Shown piece after piece: positions 1-9,850 of a DNA stretch of 64,000 nucleotides. A program made the translations under genes and the position numbers. How positions within the stretch are numbered: position 1 is the first letter of the stretch; each line of letters starts with the position of its first letter. The notes under the pieces were generated by a model. The model was not told where the DNA came from. It saw nothing but the letters and a program-made list of their open reading frames with translations, and did no database searches. Origin of the DNA: Bacteroidales bacterium (lineage in GTDB: Bacteria; Bacteroidota; Bacteroidia; Bacteroidales; JAADGE01); NCBI GenBank assembly GCA_021648725.1, contig JAKISF010000003.1, forward strand, positions 65,116 through 129,115, in the 5' to 3' direction.

Positions 1-85
1 AAGAGTTATCTAAAGAAAACTTTGTTGTGAAGTTTTAAATATGTGCCCCAAATTACAAAAATTTGAAAAGCCTTAATTTTGTAGG

Positions 86-604
86 ATGCCCCCGAAATTC
101 AAAAACATATTAAGTAACAGTTTAAGAGTAACGATGGACATTGCTGCGGAAACCGTCGGAAAGAATCCTCAATATTTCAAGGAAATTTTAAATATAAGTT
201 TGAATGAAAAACCTCCGATTAATTGGCGAGCATCACGTGTTATTGCTTTATGTACGGATAAATATCCGGATTTATTTATTCCTTATGTAAATAAAATTGC
301 ACAACTTTTTCCAAGTTTTAAGAATGACGGCTTAAAAAGAAGTTATGCTTATGTTTTGTCAAAATATGTTAAATACTTTAATGAAGATAATCAGGCAGGC
401 TTAATAGAAATTTGTTTTAACTATATGCTTTCGGATGAGAAAGTTGCAGTAAAATATAACTGTATGAAATTATTATTTGAAATGACCGAGATTATACCGG
501 AATTAAAAGGAGAGCTGCAAGCAGCAATTGGTTTCAATATTTCGGAAGATATTTTTAGAATGACCGGAGAAATTAAGAAAATTTATAAGGCAATTGATGT
601 TTAA
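86..604 (+). CDS. hypothetical protein, predicted all-helical (HEAT/ARM-like)
   Basis: Intact 172-aa ORF with an ATG start and no signal peptide. No family motif was recognised. Confidence 0.4.
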   Translation: MPPKFKNILSNSLRVTMDIAAETVGKNPQYFKEILNISLNEKPPINWRASRVIALCTDKYPDLFIPYVNKIAQLFPSFKNDGLKRSYAYVLSKYVKYFNEDNQAGLIEICFNYMLSDEKVAVKYNCMKLLFEMTEIIPELKGELQAAIGFNISEDIFRMTGEIKKIYKAIDV

Positions 605-723
605 ATTTTAACAGTCTCCAAGGCAAATACAGCTGTTTTTTAAAGCAGCAACTCAATTGTTTTTTAATTTTTTGCAACTCTTTTTAATAAAATTGCGTTA
701 TTATTGTATATAATTTATTTGAT

Positions 724-2352
724 ATGCCAAAAAAGATTTTAAAAATAGCTTTTATTGCAATTTTCGTATTCCTTTCAGTAAAAAGTTTTTCGCAAATTGA
801 TCAAGAGCAAATTTATAAATTTAACCAAGTTATTGAAAATATAAATAATTTTTATGTTGACAGTATTGATGTTACGAAGTTGGTTAAAAGTGCTATAGTT
901 GCAACACTAAAAGAACTGGATCCGCATTCGGTTTATTTTGATAAAGAAGAACTTGAAGAATTAAACAGAGGACTTGTAGGAAGTTTTGTCGGTGTAGGAA
1001 TCACGTATGATATTATAAAAGATACTGTTCTTGTACTTTCTGTTACGCCTGACGGTCCTTCCGAAAAAGCCGGTTTACTTCCGGGCGACAGAATTATTAA
1101 GGTAGGGAAAGAGGAAATCGCAAACAACGAAATAGATGATAGCAAATTAAAAGATTTGTTGGCAGGAGAGGAAGGTACAAAAGTAACAGTTTTTGTAAAA
1201 AGAACAGGGCAAAGAAGATTGAAAGAAATTGAAATACAAAGAAACAAAATTCCTGTTAAAAGTATTGATGCTGCTTATAATATTAGTAATGAAATTACAT
1301 ATATTAAATTAAAGCGATTTTCTGCAACATCAGTTTCCGAGTTTAATGAAGTTACTGAAAAACTATTAATACCCGGTTCAAACAAAATAATTTTAGATTT
1401 AAGAAATAACTCCGGAGGATATTTATACGTTTCGGTTAAGTTATTAGAAAAATTTTTAAAAAAGAACTCCGTTGTTCTATACACAAAAGGGGAAAACAGT
1501 CCTGAAAAAGAATATAAAACACATTTAAACGGAAAGTTTAAGCATGCGAACCTCGTTGTTCTTATAAATGAATCATCAGCATCTGCCGCTGAAATTGTAA
1601 GCGGTGCAATACAAGATTGGGACAGGGGTGTTGTAGTAGGCAGAAGATCGTTCGGAAAAGGATTGGTTCAAAAACCTATTTATTTAGTTGACGGCTCAAT
1701 GATCAGGTTGACTATAGCAAAATATTTTACACCTTCCGGAAGAAATATTCAAAAACCTTATGATAAAGGTATAGAAAATTATAATCATGAAATTATTGAC
1801 CGTTTAGACAAAGGAGAGCTGATGAATAAAGACAGTGTAAAATACAAAAATTCATCTATATATCATACATTAAATAATAAAAGAATTATATACGGCGGCG
1901 GCGGAATTATGCCTGATATTTTTGTAGAACTGGATACTTCTGAATTTCCTCAGTTTTATAAAGAATTTATTAAATCCGGAAAAGTAAATGAATTTGTTCA
2001 TTTGTTTGTGGATAAAAATCGTAACTTTTTTAATAAAAGTTATTCGAAATTTAAAGATTTTAGTGCGAAGTATAATGTATATATGAAAAACATCGAAGAA
2101 TTAATAACATATTTATATGAAGGGGAAGAAGATAATGTATTAGATTATGTTGATGAAATATATACGAACGATTTGGCAATGACTCATATCAAGGCATTAA
2201 TAGCTTATGATTTATACGGAAGAAATGAATATTTTAAAATATATAACCAAAAAGATAAAATTGTATTAAAAGCTGTTGAAATCTTAAATGATGATAAAAA
2301 ATATTCTGAAATATTGAACAGTAATATAATCGGGGAATATGTTGAAAAATAA
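724..2352 (+). CDS. ctp: carboxy-terminal processing peptidase, S41 family, with PDZ domain
   Basis: Has an N-terminal signal peptide. The PDZ-like segment is GLLPGDRIIKVG. S41 motifs are LRNNSGGYL, NESSASAAEI and SFGKGLVQ. Confidence 0.9.
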   Translation: MPKKILKIAFIAIFVFLSVKSFSQIDQEQIYKFNQVIENINNFYVDSIDVTKLVKSAIVATLKELDPHSVYFDKEELEELNRGLVGSFVGVGITYDIIKDTVLVLSVTPDGPSEKAGLLPGDRIIKVGKEEIANNEIDDSKLKDLLAGEEGTKVTVFVKRTGQRRLKEIEIQRNKIPVKSIDAAYNISNEITYIKLKRFSATSVSEFNEVTEKLLIPGSNKIILDLRNNSGGYLYVSVKLLEKFLKKNSVVLYTKGENSPEKEYKTHLNGKFKHANLVVLINESSASAAEIVSGAIQDWDRGVVVGRRSFGKGLVQKPIYLVDGSMIRLTIAKYFTPSGRNIQKPYDKGIENYNHEIIDRLDKGELMNKDSVKYKNSSIYHTLNNKRIIYGGGGIMPDIFVELDTSEFPQFYKEFIKSGKVNEFVHLFVDKNRNFFNKSYSKFKDFSAKYNVYMKNIEELITYLYEGEEDNVLDYVDEIYTNDLAMTHIKALIAYDLYGRNEYFKIYNQKDKIVLKAVEILNDDKKYSEILNSNIIGEYVEK

Positions 2353-2361
2353 AAAATGTAT

Positions 2362-2724
2362 TTAAACCAACGGATAAAATGCATCTTCAATATGGTCGAT
2401 TTTAAATTTACCGTTTTCTTCAACTATTGAAATAATATCAAAACGAGCTTCAAAATCAATTTCAAATTTTTCAATATATTCATTTGCAGCTTTAATAATA
2501 AATTTTTGCTTCTTTTTAGTAACTGCTTGAAAAGGTTGCTCAAAGTATGTTCCGCTACGGCTTTTCACTTCAATAAAAATAATCTCGTTATTGTGTTCTG
2601 CAATAATATCAATCTCTAATTTGCCGAACCGCCAATTTCTTGCCTTTATCTTATAGCCTTTGTTTGCAAGAAAATCAACTGCTGCATCTTCGCCTTTATT
2701 CCCCAGTATGTTATGTTCTGCCAT
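2362..2724 (-). CDS. yraN: YraN-family (UPF0102) endonuclease-like protein
   Basis: 120 aa. Shows the typical UPF0102 pattern GEDAAVDFLANKGYKIKARNWR...GELDIIA...IIFIEVKSR. Confidence 0.8.
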   Translation of the reverse strand: MAEHNILGNKGEDAAVDFLANKGYKIKARNWRFGKLEIDIIAEHNNEIIFIEVKSRSGTYFEQPFQAVTKKKQKFIIKAANEYIEKFEIDFEARFDIISIVEENGKFKIDHIEDAFYPLV

Positions 2725-2741
2725 TTTAAAGCGAGTGGTTT

Positions 2742-3977
2742 TTATGTTTGTTTATCATAAGGTTGATTAGTCTTAGGATCTCTGCCGTGTAAACCTATTG
2801 TTGCCAATCCGCCCAAAGATGTTTCTTTATACAAACTCGGCAAATCGTGCCCTGTTTGTTCCATAACTTCAACAACGTTATCAAACGGAACGAGATGTCT
2901 TCCGTCGGAATGAATTGCATAAAGAGCTGAATCAAAAGCACGTTGAGCACCAAACGCATTCCTCTCAATACAAGGCACTTGCACCAACCCTGCAATAGGG
3001 TCGCAAGTTAATCCGAGATGGTGTTCTAAACCGGATGATGCCGCATATTCAATTTGGTAAGTTGTTCCGCCTAACAATTGAGCACAAGCACCGGCTGCCA
3101 TTGCACAAGCTGTTCCTACTTCTCCTTGGCAACCTACATCTGCACCCGAAACAGAAGCATTTTCTTTTATTAAATTTCCTATTAAGCCGGCAACTGCCAG
3201 TGCTTTTATTATTCTTGTTTCGGAAAAATTGTGTTTTTTATAAAACAAATACAAAACAGAAGGCAAAATTCCTGACGAACCGCATGTCGGTGCTGTTACG
3301 ACTTCTCCGCCTGCAGCATTTTCTTCCGAAACTGCCAGAGCGTATGCAAACAAAAAGGTATCATCTTCGGCAAACTTATTTTGCATTTTTGCTTTTACAT
3401 AATATGAGGGGGCTTTTCTGTGCAATTTTAAAACACCCGGCAAAGTTCCGTCTGCTTCCAAACCTCTTTTTATTGCAGATTTCATAGTTTTCCATACTTT
3501 TTTGAGATATTCCGTGAATTTATCTCCTTCAACTTTCATAACATATTCCCAAAGTGTTCCGCCTTCTGCTTCTAAATGTTTAATAATATCAGCCATTGTT
3601 GTATGCGGATAAATATTTTCTTCTGCCGCTTCGCTGCTTTTATCGGCAATTGCTCCTCCGCCGACACTGTACACTTCCCACACGTCTGTTTTTTTGCCGG
3701 ATTTATCATATGCCTCGAATATCATTCCGTTAGGATGAATCGGTAATTGTTCTTTAAATTTCCAAATAATCTCGGTCGGTTTCGATAATGTTTTTTCAAT
3801 AATATAGTCTGTCATGTGTCCTTTTCCTGTTAAAGCTAAACTCCCGTAAAGGAAAACTTTAAAAGAAGCGGCATCTTTATTTCTTTTTGCAAATATTTCA
3901 GCTGCCTTTTTCGGTCCCATTGTATGGCTGCTTGAAGGTCCGTTTCCGATATTATATAGTTTTTTTATTGATTCCAT
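2742..3977 (-). CDS. sdaA: L-serine ammonia-lyase (Fe-S dependent, single-chain form)
   Basis: N-terminus GNGPSSSHTMGP. Internal TAPTCGSSGILP and GAEVGCQGEVG-type motifs match the L-serine dehydratase alpha/beta fusion. Confidence 0.9.
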   Translation of the reverse strand: MESIKKLYNIGNGPSSSHTMGPKKAAEIFAKRNKDAASFKVFLYGSLALTGKGHMTDYIIEKTLSKPTEIIWKFKEQLPIHPNGMIFEAYDKSGKKTDVWEVYSVGGGAIADKSSEAAEENIYPHTTMADIIKHLEAEGGTLWEYVMKVEGDKFTEYLKKVWKTMKSAIKRGLEADGTLPGVLKLHRKAPSYYVKAKMQNKFAEDDTFLFAYALAVSEENAAGGEVVTAPTCGSSGILPSVLYLFYKKHNFSETRIIKALAVAGLIGNLIKENASVSGADVGCQGEVGTACAMAAGACAQLLGGTTYQIEYAASSGLEHHLGLTCDPIAGLVQVPCIERNAFGAQRAFDSALYAIHSDGRHLVPFDNVVEVMEQTGHDLPSLYKETSLGGLATIGLHGRDPKTNQPYDKQT

Positions 3978-4078
3978 TTTGATTATAAGTTTAAAGGTAA
4001 AAGTATAAAGTTTTTTAATATACTGAATAAATTAGGTCAGAAGTTTTCCGGTTAGTATTTTTATTTCAGTATTTTTTT

Positions 4079-4086
4079 TACCTTTG
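4079..4086 (+). promoter_or_regulatory. Bacteroidota -7 promoter box (TACCTTTG = TAnnTTTG)
   Basis: Exact match to the TAnnTTTG consensus, a few nt upstream of the first riboswitch nucleotides. Confidence 0.4.
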
Positions 4087-4091
4087 TCACA

Positions 4092-4176
4092 TTAATCAGG
4101 GGTGCCTTAAATTACAGGCTGAGATTAGACCCTTTGAACCTGACACGGATAATGCCGACGCAGGAAGATAGCCTAA
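4092..4176 (+). promoter_or_regulatory. TPP (THI-box) riboswitch aptamer
   Basis: Conserved THI-box blocks are read directly from the sequence: CAGGGGTGCC...GGCTGAGA...ACCCTTTGAACCTGA.ACGGATAATGCCG.CGCAGGAAG. Confidence 0.85.
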
Positions 4177-4194
4177 TCTGTTCAAATATTATTT

Positions 4195-4231
4195 CCCTGA
4201 TGTTTTAAATATTATTAATTTTTAAACATCA
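4195..4231 (+). promoter_or_regulatory. putative riboswitch expression platform (hairpin ending 5 nt before the start codon)
   Basis: TGATGTTT (4198-4205) pairs with AAACATCA (4224-4231). CCCTGAT (4195-4201) is complementary to ATCAGGG (4095-4101) at the 5' edge of the aptamer, so the two pairings are mutually exclusive. Confidence 0.45.
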
Positions 4232-4235
4232 AACA

Positions 4236-6599
4236 ATGAAGAAACTTAGTTTATTATTAATTATGTTGATTTTAGGTATGCAAATCTATGCTCAAAAAAT
4301 CAACGGAATAATTACAAATGAAACCGGAGAAAAGTTACCCGGTGTTACACTTAAATTAGAAGGAACATACTTAATTACAGTGTCTGATAAAGAGGGATAT
4401 TTTAGTTTTAATAATGTTTCAGCCGGAAATTATAAAATTGAAGCTTCTTATATCGGATATGAAACAGCAAAAAAAGAAGTATCCGTTTCCGGAAAAGATA
4501 TACAAGTTGATTTTATGTTAAAAGTTTCGGATATTATGGCTGATGAAGTTGTTATAACAGCCTTAAGGGCAGATTTGAAAACACCGATTGCCTTCACAAA
4601 TATTGAAAAAGAAGATATTGAAAAGAAAAATACCGGAAGGGATATTCCGTATTTGTTAGATATGACACCCTCTGTTGTCGTAACTTCAGATGCCGGAACC
4701 GGAATCGGTTATACATCAATGCGAATTCGAGGAACAGATATGACACGCATAAATGTTACTCTTGACGGAATTCCCTTGAATGATTCCGAATCGCATGGTG
4801 TTTGGTGGGTAAATATGCCCGATTTTGCATCTTCTGTTAATAATATTCAAATTCAAAGAGGTGCCGGAACTTCAACAAACGGAGCAGCAGCATTCGGCGC
4901 AAATATAAATTTTGTTACAAATAATTTGAATAAAGATGCTTATGCTGACGTAAATTGGACTTACGGCTCATTTAATACAAGAAAAGCAACTTACAAAGCA
5001 GGAACCGGTTTACTCGGGAATCATTTTACTTTTGATGCAAGGCTTTCAAAAATACATTCCGACGGATTTATCGACAGAGCAAAAAGTGATTTAGAATCTT
5101 ATTTTGTTTCAGGAGCGTATGTTGATAAAAAGAACTTATTGAAAATAAATGTTTTCAGAGGAACGGAAGAAACATATCAAGCTTGGTATGGTGTTCCGAA
5201 AGATTCTTTGGTGTCGGGAAGAACTTATAATCCGTATTCATACGAAAAGGAAGTTGATCACTATACTCAAAAACACTATCAAATGTTCTACACACATACT
5301 TTCAATAAAAATTTGAATTTAAATATTGCTTTACACCATACAAAAGGAGAAGGATATTATGAACAATTTAAAGATAAACAGAAATTTGAAAAATACGGAT
5401 TAGATGCTTTATTAATCGGAAATGATACAATTAATGAAACAAATTTAATTCGCAGAAAATGGTTAGATAATAATTTTACGGGAGGTATTTATTCAATAAA
5501 ATACACAAATCGAAATTTAAATATTGTTTTAGGCGGTTCTTTGAATAAATATGACGGAAATCATTTCGGAAGAATAATTTGGGCAGAATATTCAATTAAT
5601 ATGAATAAGGGATATGAATGGTACCGAAATATCGGAAGTAAAATTGACATGAATGAATATTTAAAAGTAAATTATTCAATATTTCCTGAACTGAATTTAT
5701 GGGCTGATTTTCAATTCAGAATTATTGATTATAAAATGGAAGGAATTCATGATGATTTGAGAAATATTACACAAGAGCATAAATACACTTTTTTTAATCC
5801 GAAAGCGGGAGTAAGTTTTGATATTTCGAATAATCAAATTTCATATTTTTCTTTTGCAGTTGCAAACAGAGAACCTTCAAGAACAAATTTCAGAGATGCT
5901 GCGGAAGATGAGATATTTGTTCCCGAAACATTATACGATTTTGAAGCCGGCTACAAACTTGCATTGAACAAACTTGCTTTAAACTTGAACTTGTATTATA
6001 TGGATTATAAAAACCAATTAATCTTAACCGGCGAAATTAATAATGTGGGAGCGTATATAATGAGTAATGTGTCGGATAGTTACAGGGCAGGAGCAGAACT
6101 GTCGGCAGGCATAAAATTAACCGAGTTTGCGGAATGGAAACTAAATGTAACTTACAGTAATAACAAAATCGAAAACCTTATTGTTTACATTGACAATTGG
6201 GATACTTGGGAACAAGAAACTGAAACTTATGAAAAAACAGATATTTCTTTTTCTCCCGATATAATTACCGGAAGTGAGTTGTCATTTGATTTGTTTAAAG
6301 GCTTTAACGCAAGTTTAATGTCAAAATTTGTAGGAAAACAATATATTGATAATACTTCAAACGAAGAACGTTCGCTGGATGCATATTTTGTCAATAATTT
6401 GAGATTAAGCCACACAATACAAACAAAGAAAGTTAAAGAAATCAATTTATTCTTGAATGTGAATAACCTTTTTAATGAAATATATGAAACAAATGCTTGG
6501 GTTTACAGATATAAAACCGGAGGAAATGAATATGTCTTTGACGGCTATTTTCCGCAAGCCGGAATAAATTTCTTAGCCGGAATAAATTTGAGATTTTAG
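4236..6599 (+). CDS. TonB-dependent outer-membrane receptor (TPP-riboswitch controlled; candidate thiamine uptake receptor)
   Basis: Has a signal peptide, a CarboxypepD_reg-like N-domain (GIITNETGEKLPGVTLKLEG) and a plug domain. The beta-barrel ends in the C-terminal ...GINLRF. Confidence 0.9.
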   Translation: MKKLSLLLIMLILGMQIYAQKINGIITNETGEKLPGVTLKLEGTYLITVSDKEGYFSFNNVSAGNYKIEASYIGYETAKKEVSVSGKDIQVDFMLKVSDIMADEVVITALRADLKTPIAFTNIEKEDIEKKNTGRDIPYLLDMTPSVVVTSDAGTGIGYTSMRIRGTDMTRINVTLDGIPLNDSESHGVWWVNMPDFASSVNNIQIQRGAGTSTNGAAAFGANINFVTNNLNKDAYADVNWTYGSFNTRKATYKAGTGLLGNHFTFDARLSKIHSDGFIDRAKSDLESYFVSGAYVDKKNLLKINVFRGTEETYQAWYGVPKDSLVSGRTYNPYSYEKEVDHYTQKHYQMFYTHTFNKNLNLNIALHHTKGEGYYEQFKDKQKFEKYGLDALLIGNDTINETNLIRRKWLDNNFTGGIYSIKYTNRNLNIVLGGSLNKYDGNHFGRIIWAEYSINMNKGYEWYRNIGSKIDMNEYLKVNYSIFPELNLWADFQFRIIDYKMEGIHDDLRNITQEHKYTFFNPKAGVSFDISNNQISYFSFAVANREPSRTNFRDAAEDEIFVPETLYDFEAGYKLALNKLALNLNLYYMDYKNQLILTGEINNVGAYIMSNVSDSYRAGAELSAGIKLTEFAEWKLNVTYSNNKIENLIVYIDNWDTWEQETETYEKTDISFSPDIITGSELSFDLFKGFNASLMSKFVGKQYIDNTSNEERSLDAYFVNNLRLSHTIQTKKVKEINLFLNVNNLFNEIYETNAWVYRYKTGGNEYVFDGYFPQAGINFLAGINLRF

Positions 6600-6701
6600 C
6601 AACAACTTAAATGTGGATTTTTTAAACCGTATTAAAAATTTAGAGAATATTTTTATTGATGAACTAAATCATTCAACATTTTCTCAATTGATTCTTTATA
6701 T

Positions 6702-7055
6702 TTACTTTTCGGGGAAAGAATATACAGTTGCATTTCCTTTTGATTTAATAATTATTTGACCCGATGTCATTATTCTGTTTTGAATATGCTCATTTTTTGC
6801 ATCAGATGCTTTGTTAATTATTTGAGCAAGGTTTTCAAAGTCAGTTTCAGATATATCCTTAACAACAACATCTCCCATATCATAATTACCGCTTGAGCTG
6901 AATTCTTTTTTTACCGGCAAAAACTCAATCTTATCTTTTTTGATTATATAAGAGTTTCCTGATCCGTCTGAGTACTTATAAGTCATGTTTTGTTGTGTAT
7001 TGCAGCCTGCCGACAGTAATGTTATGCATAATGCTGAAATTAATATCCTTTTCAT
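6702..7055 (-). CDS. small lipoprotein, unknown function
   Basis: Lipobox LLSAGC follows a signal peptide. 117 aa. Confidence 0.5.
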   Translation of the reverse strand: MKRILISALCITLLSAGCNTQQNMTYKYSDGSGNSYIIKKDKIEFLPVKKEFSSSGNYDMGDVVVKDISETDFENLAQIINKASDAKNEHIQNRIMTSGQIIIKSKGNATVYSFPEK

Positions 7056-7115
7056 GGTTTCCGAGTTTAAAATATACTAAACAAAACTAACTAAATATTA
7101 CGGGAATATCAATAT

Positions 7116-7826
7116 TTAATTAGTTTGTTTTTTCAAACCTGCAATTGCCAATATCAACCCCAAAGCAATTCCTAATAAAGCTGCAAACAGAACCTGAAAA
7201 TCCGGCGGAAGTAAAAATGTAACTGTATGCACGGGAATCCAAAAAAACGGGATTGTTTTTTTAAACACAAAATGCCATTGCACATCCCAATTAATACTTT
7301 TGAAAATTTCGGCAAATTTAATCCTTTTAACGAAACAACTTAATTTTCCGCCGTTGCTTATTATGTGAATATCAGTAACCTTATGAAAAGTCATCATAAC
7401 AGGTGCATAAATCAGGTTCATTGCAAAACTTACAGAAAATGCGACCAAAATTTTATATGCACTAAGTTTGCCTTTCAACAAATTCCCGGCATTTTCAATT
7501 CCGATATATTCTAAAAATACCGGAGTTCCCGAAGCAAAAATTACAAATGCAACTTTAATAGTAATACCCAGAAAACCCCAAACAACAGCACGCGGTAATA
7601 ATCCGAATCCTTTTCTGTTATAAACCCCTTCTTTTATTCGTAAACCTAATGCCTCCCCGAAAGTTGCCAAAATCGCAAATTTTATAAAAGCCGTTATTAA
7701 GCCGTGCTCCTTATTAAAATCGATATAAAAAGAATACACATTTTCAAACATAAAAAAAGGAGAAAGTAAGATTACTGCACCAAAGATAATATATATGTCT
7801 TGTCGTTTCATTTTGCAATTTTTCAC
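7116..7826 (-). CDS. multi-pass membrane protein, unknown function
   Basis: Several hydrophobic helices. No confident family assignment. Confidence 0.5.
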   Translation of the reverse strand: MKNCKMKRQDIYIIFGAVILLSPFFMFENVYSFYIDFNKEHGLITAFIKFAILATFGEALGLRIKEGVYNRKGFGLLPRAVVWGFLGITIKVAFVIFASGTPVFLEYIGIENAGNLLKGKLSAYKILVAFSVSFAMNLIYAPVMMTFHKVTDIHIISNGGKLSCFVKRIKFAEIFKSINWDVQWHFVFKKTIPFFWIPVHTVTFLLPPDFQVLFAALLGIALGLILAIAGLKKQTN

Positions 7827-8003
7827 AAAAGTATTAACCTAATTCGGATTTTATTCCTTTTATTCAACGAAATAATTTTTATTTTTATGCTAAAACTTAT
7901 ATATTAGATGTTTCGACCTTAATTATCGTTAAATTATTTATTGATTATATGATGTTAAAAGGGAAATAAGAAAAATACAATATATTCACAAAAAATAAAA
8001 ATA

Positions 8004-8624
8004 ATGAAAATAAAAATTATTTTACTGAGCCTGTTAGCGGTTTTTAGTGTAAGTTCAACGGCGTATGCAGATTCACCTCTTACATCTACACATTTTTCAA
8101 AAGCTTATGAGGATGAAGCAATTATTATAAAAGCCTCAAAAAGCAATGGAATTTTAACACCTGAGTTGATGAATTATTTAATTGATAAACAAAATCCTGT
8201 TGCCGTTAAAATGGCGGTTATTAACAAATTAAGTTGGGATATTAACGGAAAATCAAACACAGGTATTTTTATTGATTATTTAAAAAAGAAAAAACTGTAT
8301 AAAAATGAGGATAAGTTTATAAAAAAAGGAAAAGGAGATGTTTTGTTGTGTGTTGCTTATTTAAAGGTAATGGATAATTATAACGACATTGATGATGCTC
8401 TGAAATATGCAGAATATGCTCTGAAAAAGAACTCGAAAAGTTATACATATAATATAATAGCTGCATTAATTAAAGCACAAAAAGCATTTAACAGCGATTG
8501 GTGCAAAGTTTTTAAACTTACCGATAATGTGAGAAACAATAACAGCTTAAAAATTGACATGAAAGTTGAAGCAATAACAATAATTTTTGACTATATGGAT
8601 TTGTATGAAGCAGAGTGTAATTAG
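8004..8624 (+). CDS. secreted hypothetical protein
   Basis: Signal peptide MKIKIILLSLLAVFSVSSTAYA. No motif recognised. Confidence 0.5.
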   Translation: MKIKIILLSLLAVFSVSSTAYADSPLTSTHFSKAYEDEAIIIKASKSNGILTPELMNYLIDKQNPVAVKMAVINKLSWDINGKSNTGIFIDYLKKKKLYKNEDKFIKKGKGDVLLCVAYLKVMDNYNDIDDALKYAEYALKKNSKSYTYNIIAALIKAQKAFNSDWCKVFKLTDNVRNNNSLKIDMKVEAITIIFDYMDLYEAECN

Positions 8625-8697
8625 CACCGAATACGACAAAACAACAAATAAATTGATAAATAAATGCAAAAAAACCTTGATTATTAATAAATAGCAT

Positions 8698-8705
8698 TAG
8701 CTTTG
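8698..8705 (+). promoter_or_regulatory. -7 promoter box TAGCTTTG
   Basis: TAnnTTTG match about 30 nt upstream of the csp start codon. Confidence 0.45.
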
Positions 8706-8734
8706 TCGCATTATATAATTTTTAAAACACAATA

Positions 8735-8926
8735 ATGAATAAAGGAACAGTAAAATTTTTCAATGATACCAAAGGTTTTGGTTTCATAAAAGAAGACGAT
8801 TCAGACAAAGAATACTTTGTACATGTATCAGGTTTAATTGATGAAATTAACGAAGGTGATGCAGTAGAATATGAATTACAAGAAGGAAGAAAAGGATTAA
8901 ATGCCGTAAATGTTAAAATTATTTAA
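8735..8926 (+). CDS. cspA: cold-shock protein (CspA family)
   Basis: GTVKFFNDTKGFGFI (RNP1-like) and FVHVSG (RNP2-like). 63 aa. Confidence 0.95.
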   Translation: MNKGTVKFFNDTKGFGFIKEDDSDKEYFVHVSGLIDEINEGDAVEYELQEGRKGLNAVNVKII

Positions 8927-8950
8927 TATACGCATTCAATTATTTAAAAG

Positions 8951-8979
8951 AGCCTGTCGTTTTTCGGCAGGCTTTTTTT
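8951..8979 (+). terminator. rho-independent terminator
   Basis: Hairpin AGCCTGTCG/CGGCAGGCT followed by a run of seven T. Confidence 0.7.
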
Positions 8980-8981
8980 GT

Positions 8982-9698
8982 TTAAAAAATAAAGCCGATT
9001 CTGAATGTTGTTCTATTATTAAAATAATGACGTTCATAATCTGAGTTCCATCGATCACCTAATACATAATCATAGCTTTCATACGTTTGCTGATGTCTGT
9101 ATCCTATGCTGAATGTCATTGCAAATTCAGAAGTAAATCGTTTTTTTATTCCAATTCCGCTGCCGAACATAATTCCGCCTTTATATGTTGCAATATAGCT
9201 GCTGTTTTCTTCATCTCGAATAAGTTTAAAACCGTAACCGCCTCTGAAATATATAAAAGGTGTCGTATTTCTTTTAAAAATATCTGCTCTTAATTCTCCG
9301 GCAACAGGCAAAACAGGTATTTGAAAATATTCTATACCGCTTGTAATTCCTACATAATATTTTTCATTAAAATTATAAGTTCCCGTAATTAATAAACTGA
9401 TGCTCGCATCATAGCTTCCGCCGAAACCTGCAATTCCCGCATCCATAGTTAAATTGTACGGTATTGTTTTATATTTCTCGTTTTTAGTTGAATTAATACT
9501 TTCTATTTTTTGCTTTTCGAAAACTAAAATATTATTGCATTCTGTTTTAATTTTAACAATACTGTCAGGAATATTTTCAATAATTTTACCGTAAATAATA
9601 CTGCCGTTTTTTAGGTGTAATGAAGATTTATTTTGAGAAATAACAATATTAGTTAATGAAATAAAGAAGATTGTAAGAAATAATAAAGTCTTGTTCAT
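8982..9698 (-). CDS. outer-membrane beta-barrel protein, unknown function
   Basis: The start was trimmed to MNKTLLFLTIFFISLTNIVISQ (signal peptide). The sequence has alternating beta-strand character and ends in the C-terminal ...RIGFIF. Confidence 0.55.
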   Translation of the reverse strand: MNKTLLFLTIFFISLTNIVISQNKSSLHLKNGSIIYGKIIENIPDSIVKIKTECNNILVFEKQKIESINSTKNEKYKTIPYNLTMDAGIAGFGGSYDASISLLITGTYNFNEKYYVGITSGIEYFQIPVLPVAGELRADIFKRNTTPFIYFRGGYGFKLIRDEENSSYIATYKGGIMFGSGIGIKKRFTSEFAMTFSIGYRHQQTYESYDYVLGDRWNSDYERHYFNNRTTFRIGFIF

Positions 9699-9850
9699 TT
9701 GTTTTAATTTATTATCCGGTTTATAAAAGACTGTACGAACAGTAATGATAAAACGATGCAAGAAATATTTTTTTTCATTTTGCATCACATTGAAATAAAC
9801 TGTCGTATGGTTTGATAAAGGAAAATAAAATCAAACATAAATTAAAAATT

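Noticed and set aside
5940-6000. Repetitive nucleotide stretch (AAACTTGC.TT.AAC motifs) that superficially resembles short tandem repeats.
   Set aside because: It lies inside the TonB-dependent receptor ORF and encodes LALNKLALNLNL, a beta-strand segment. It is not a CRISPR or intergenic repeat array, and no CRISPR-like array was seen anywhere in the window.
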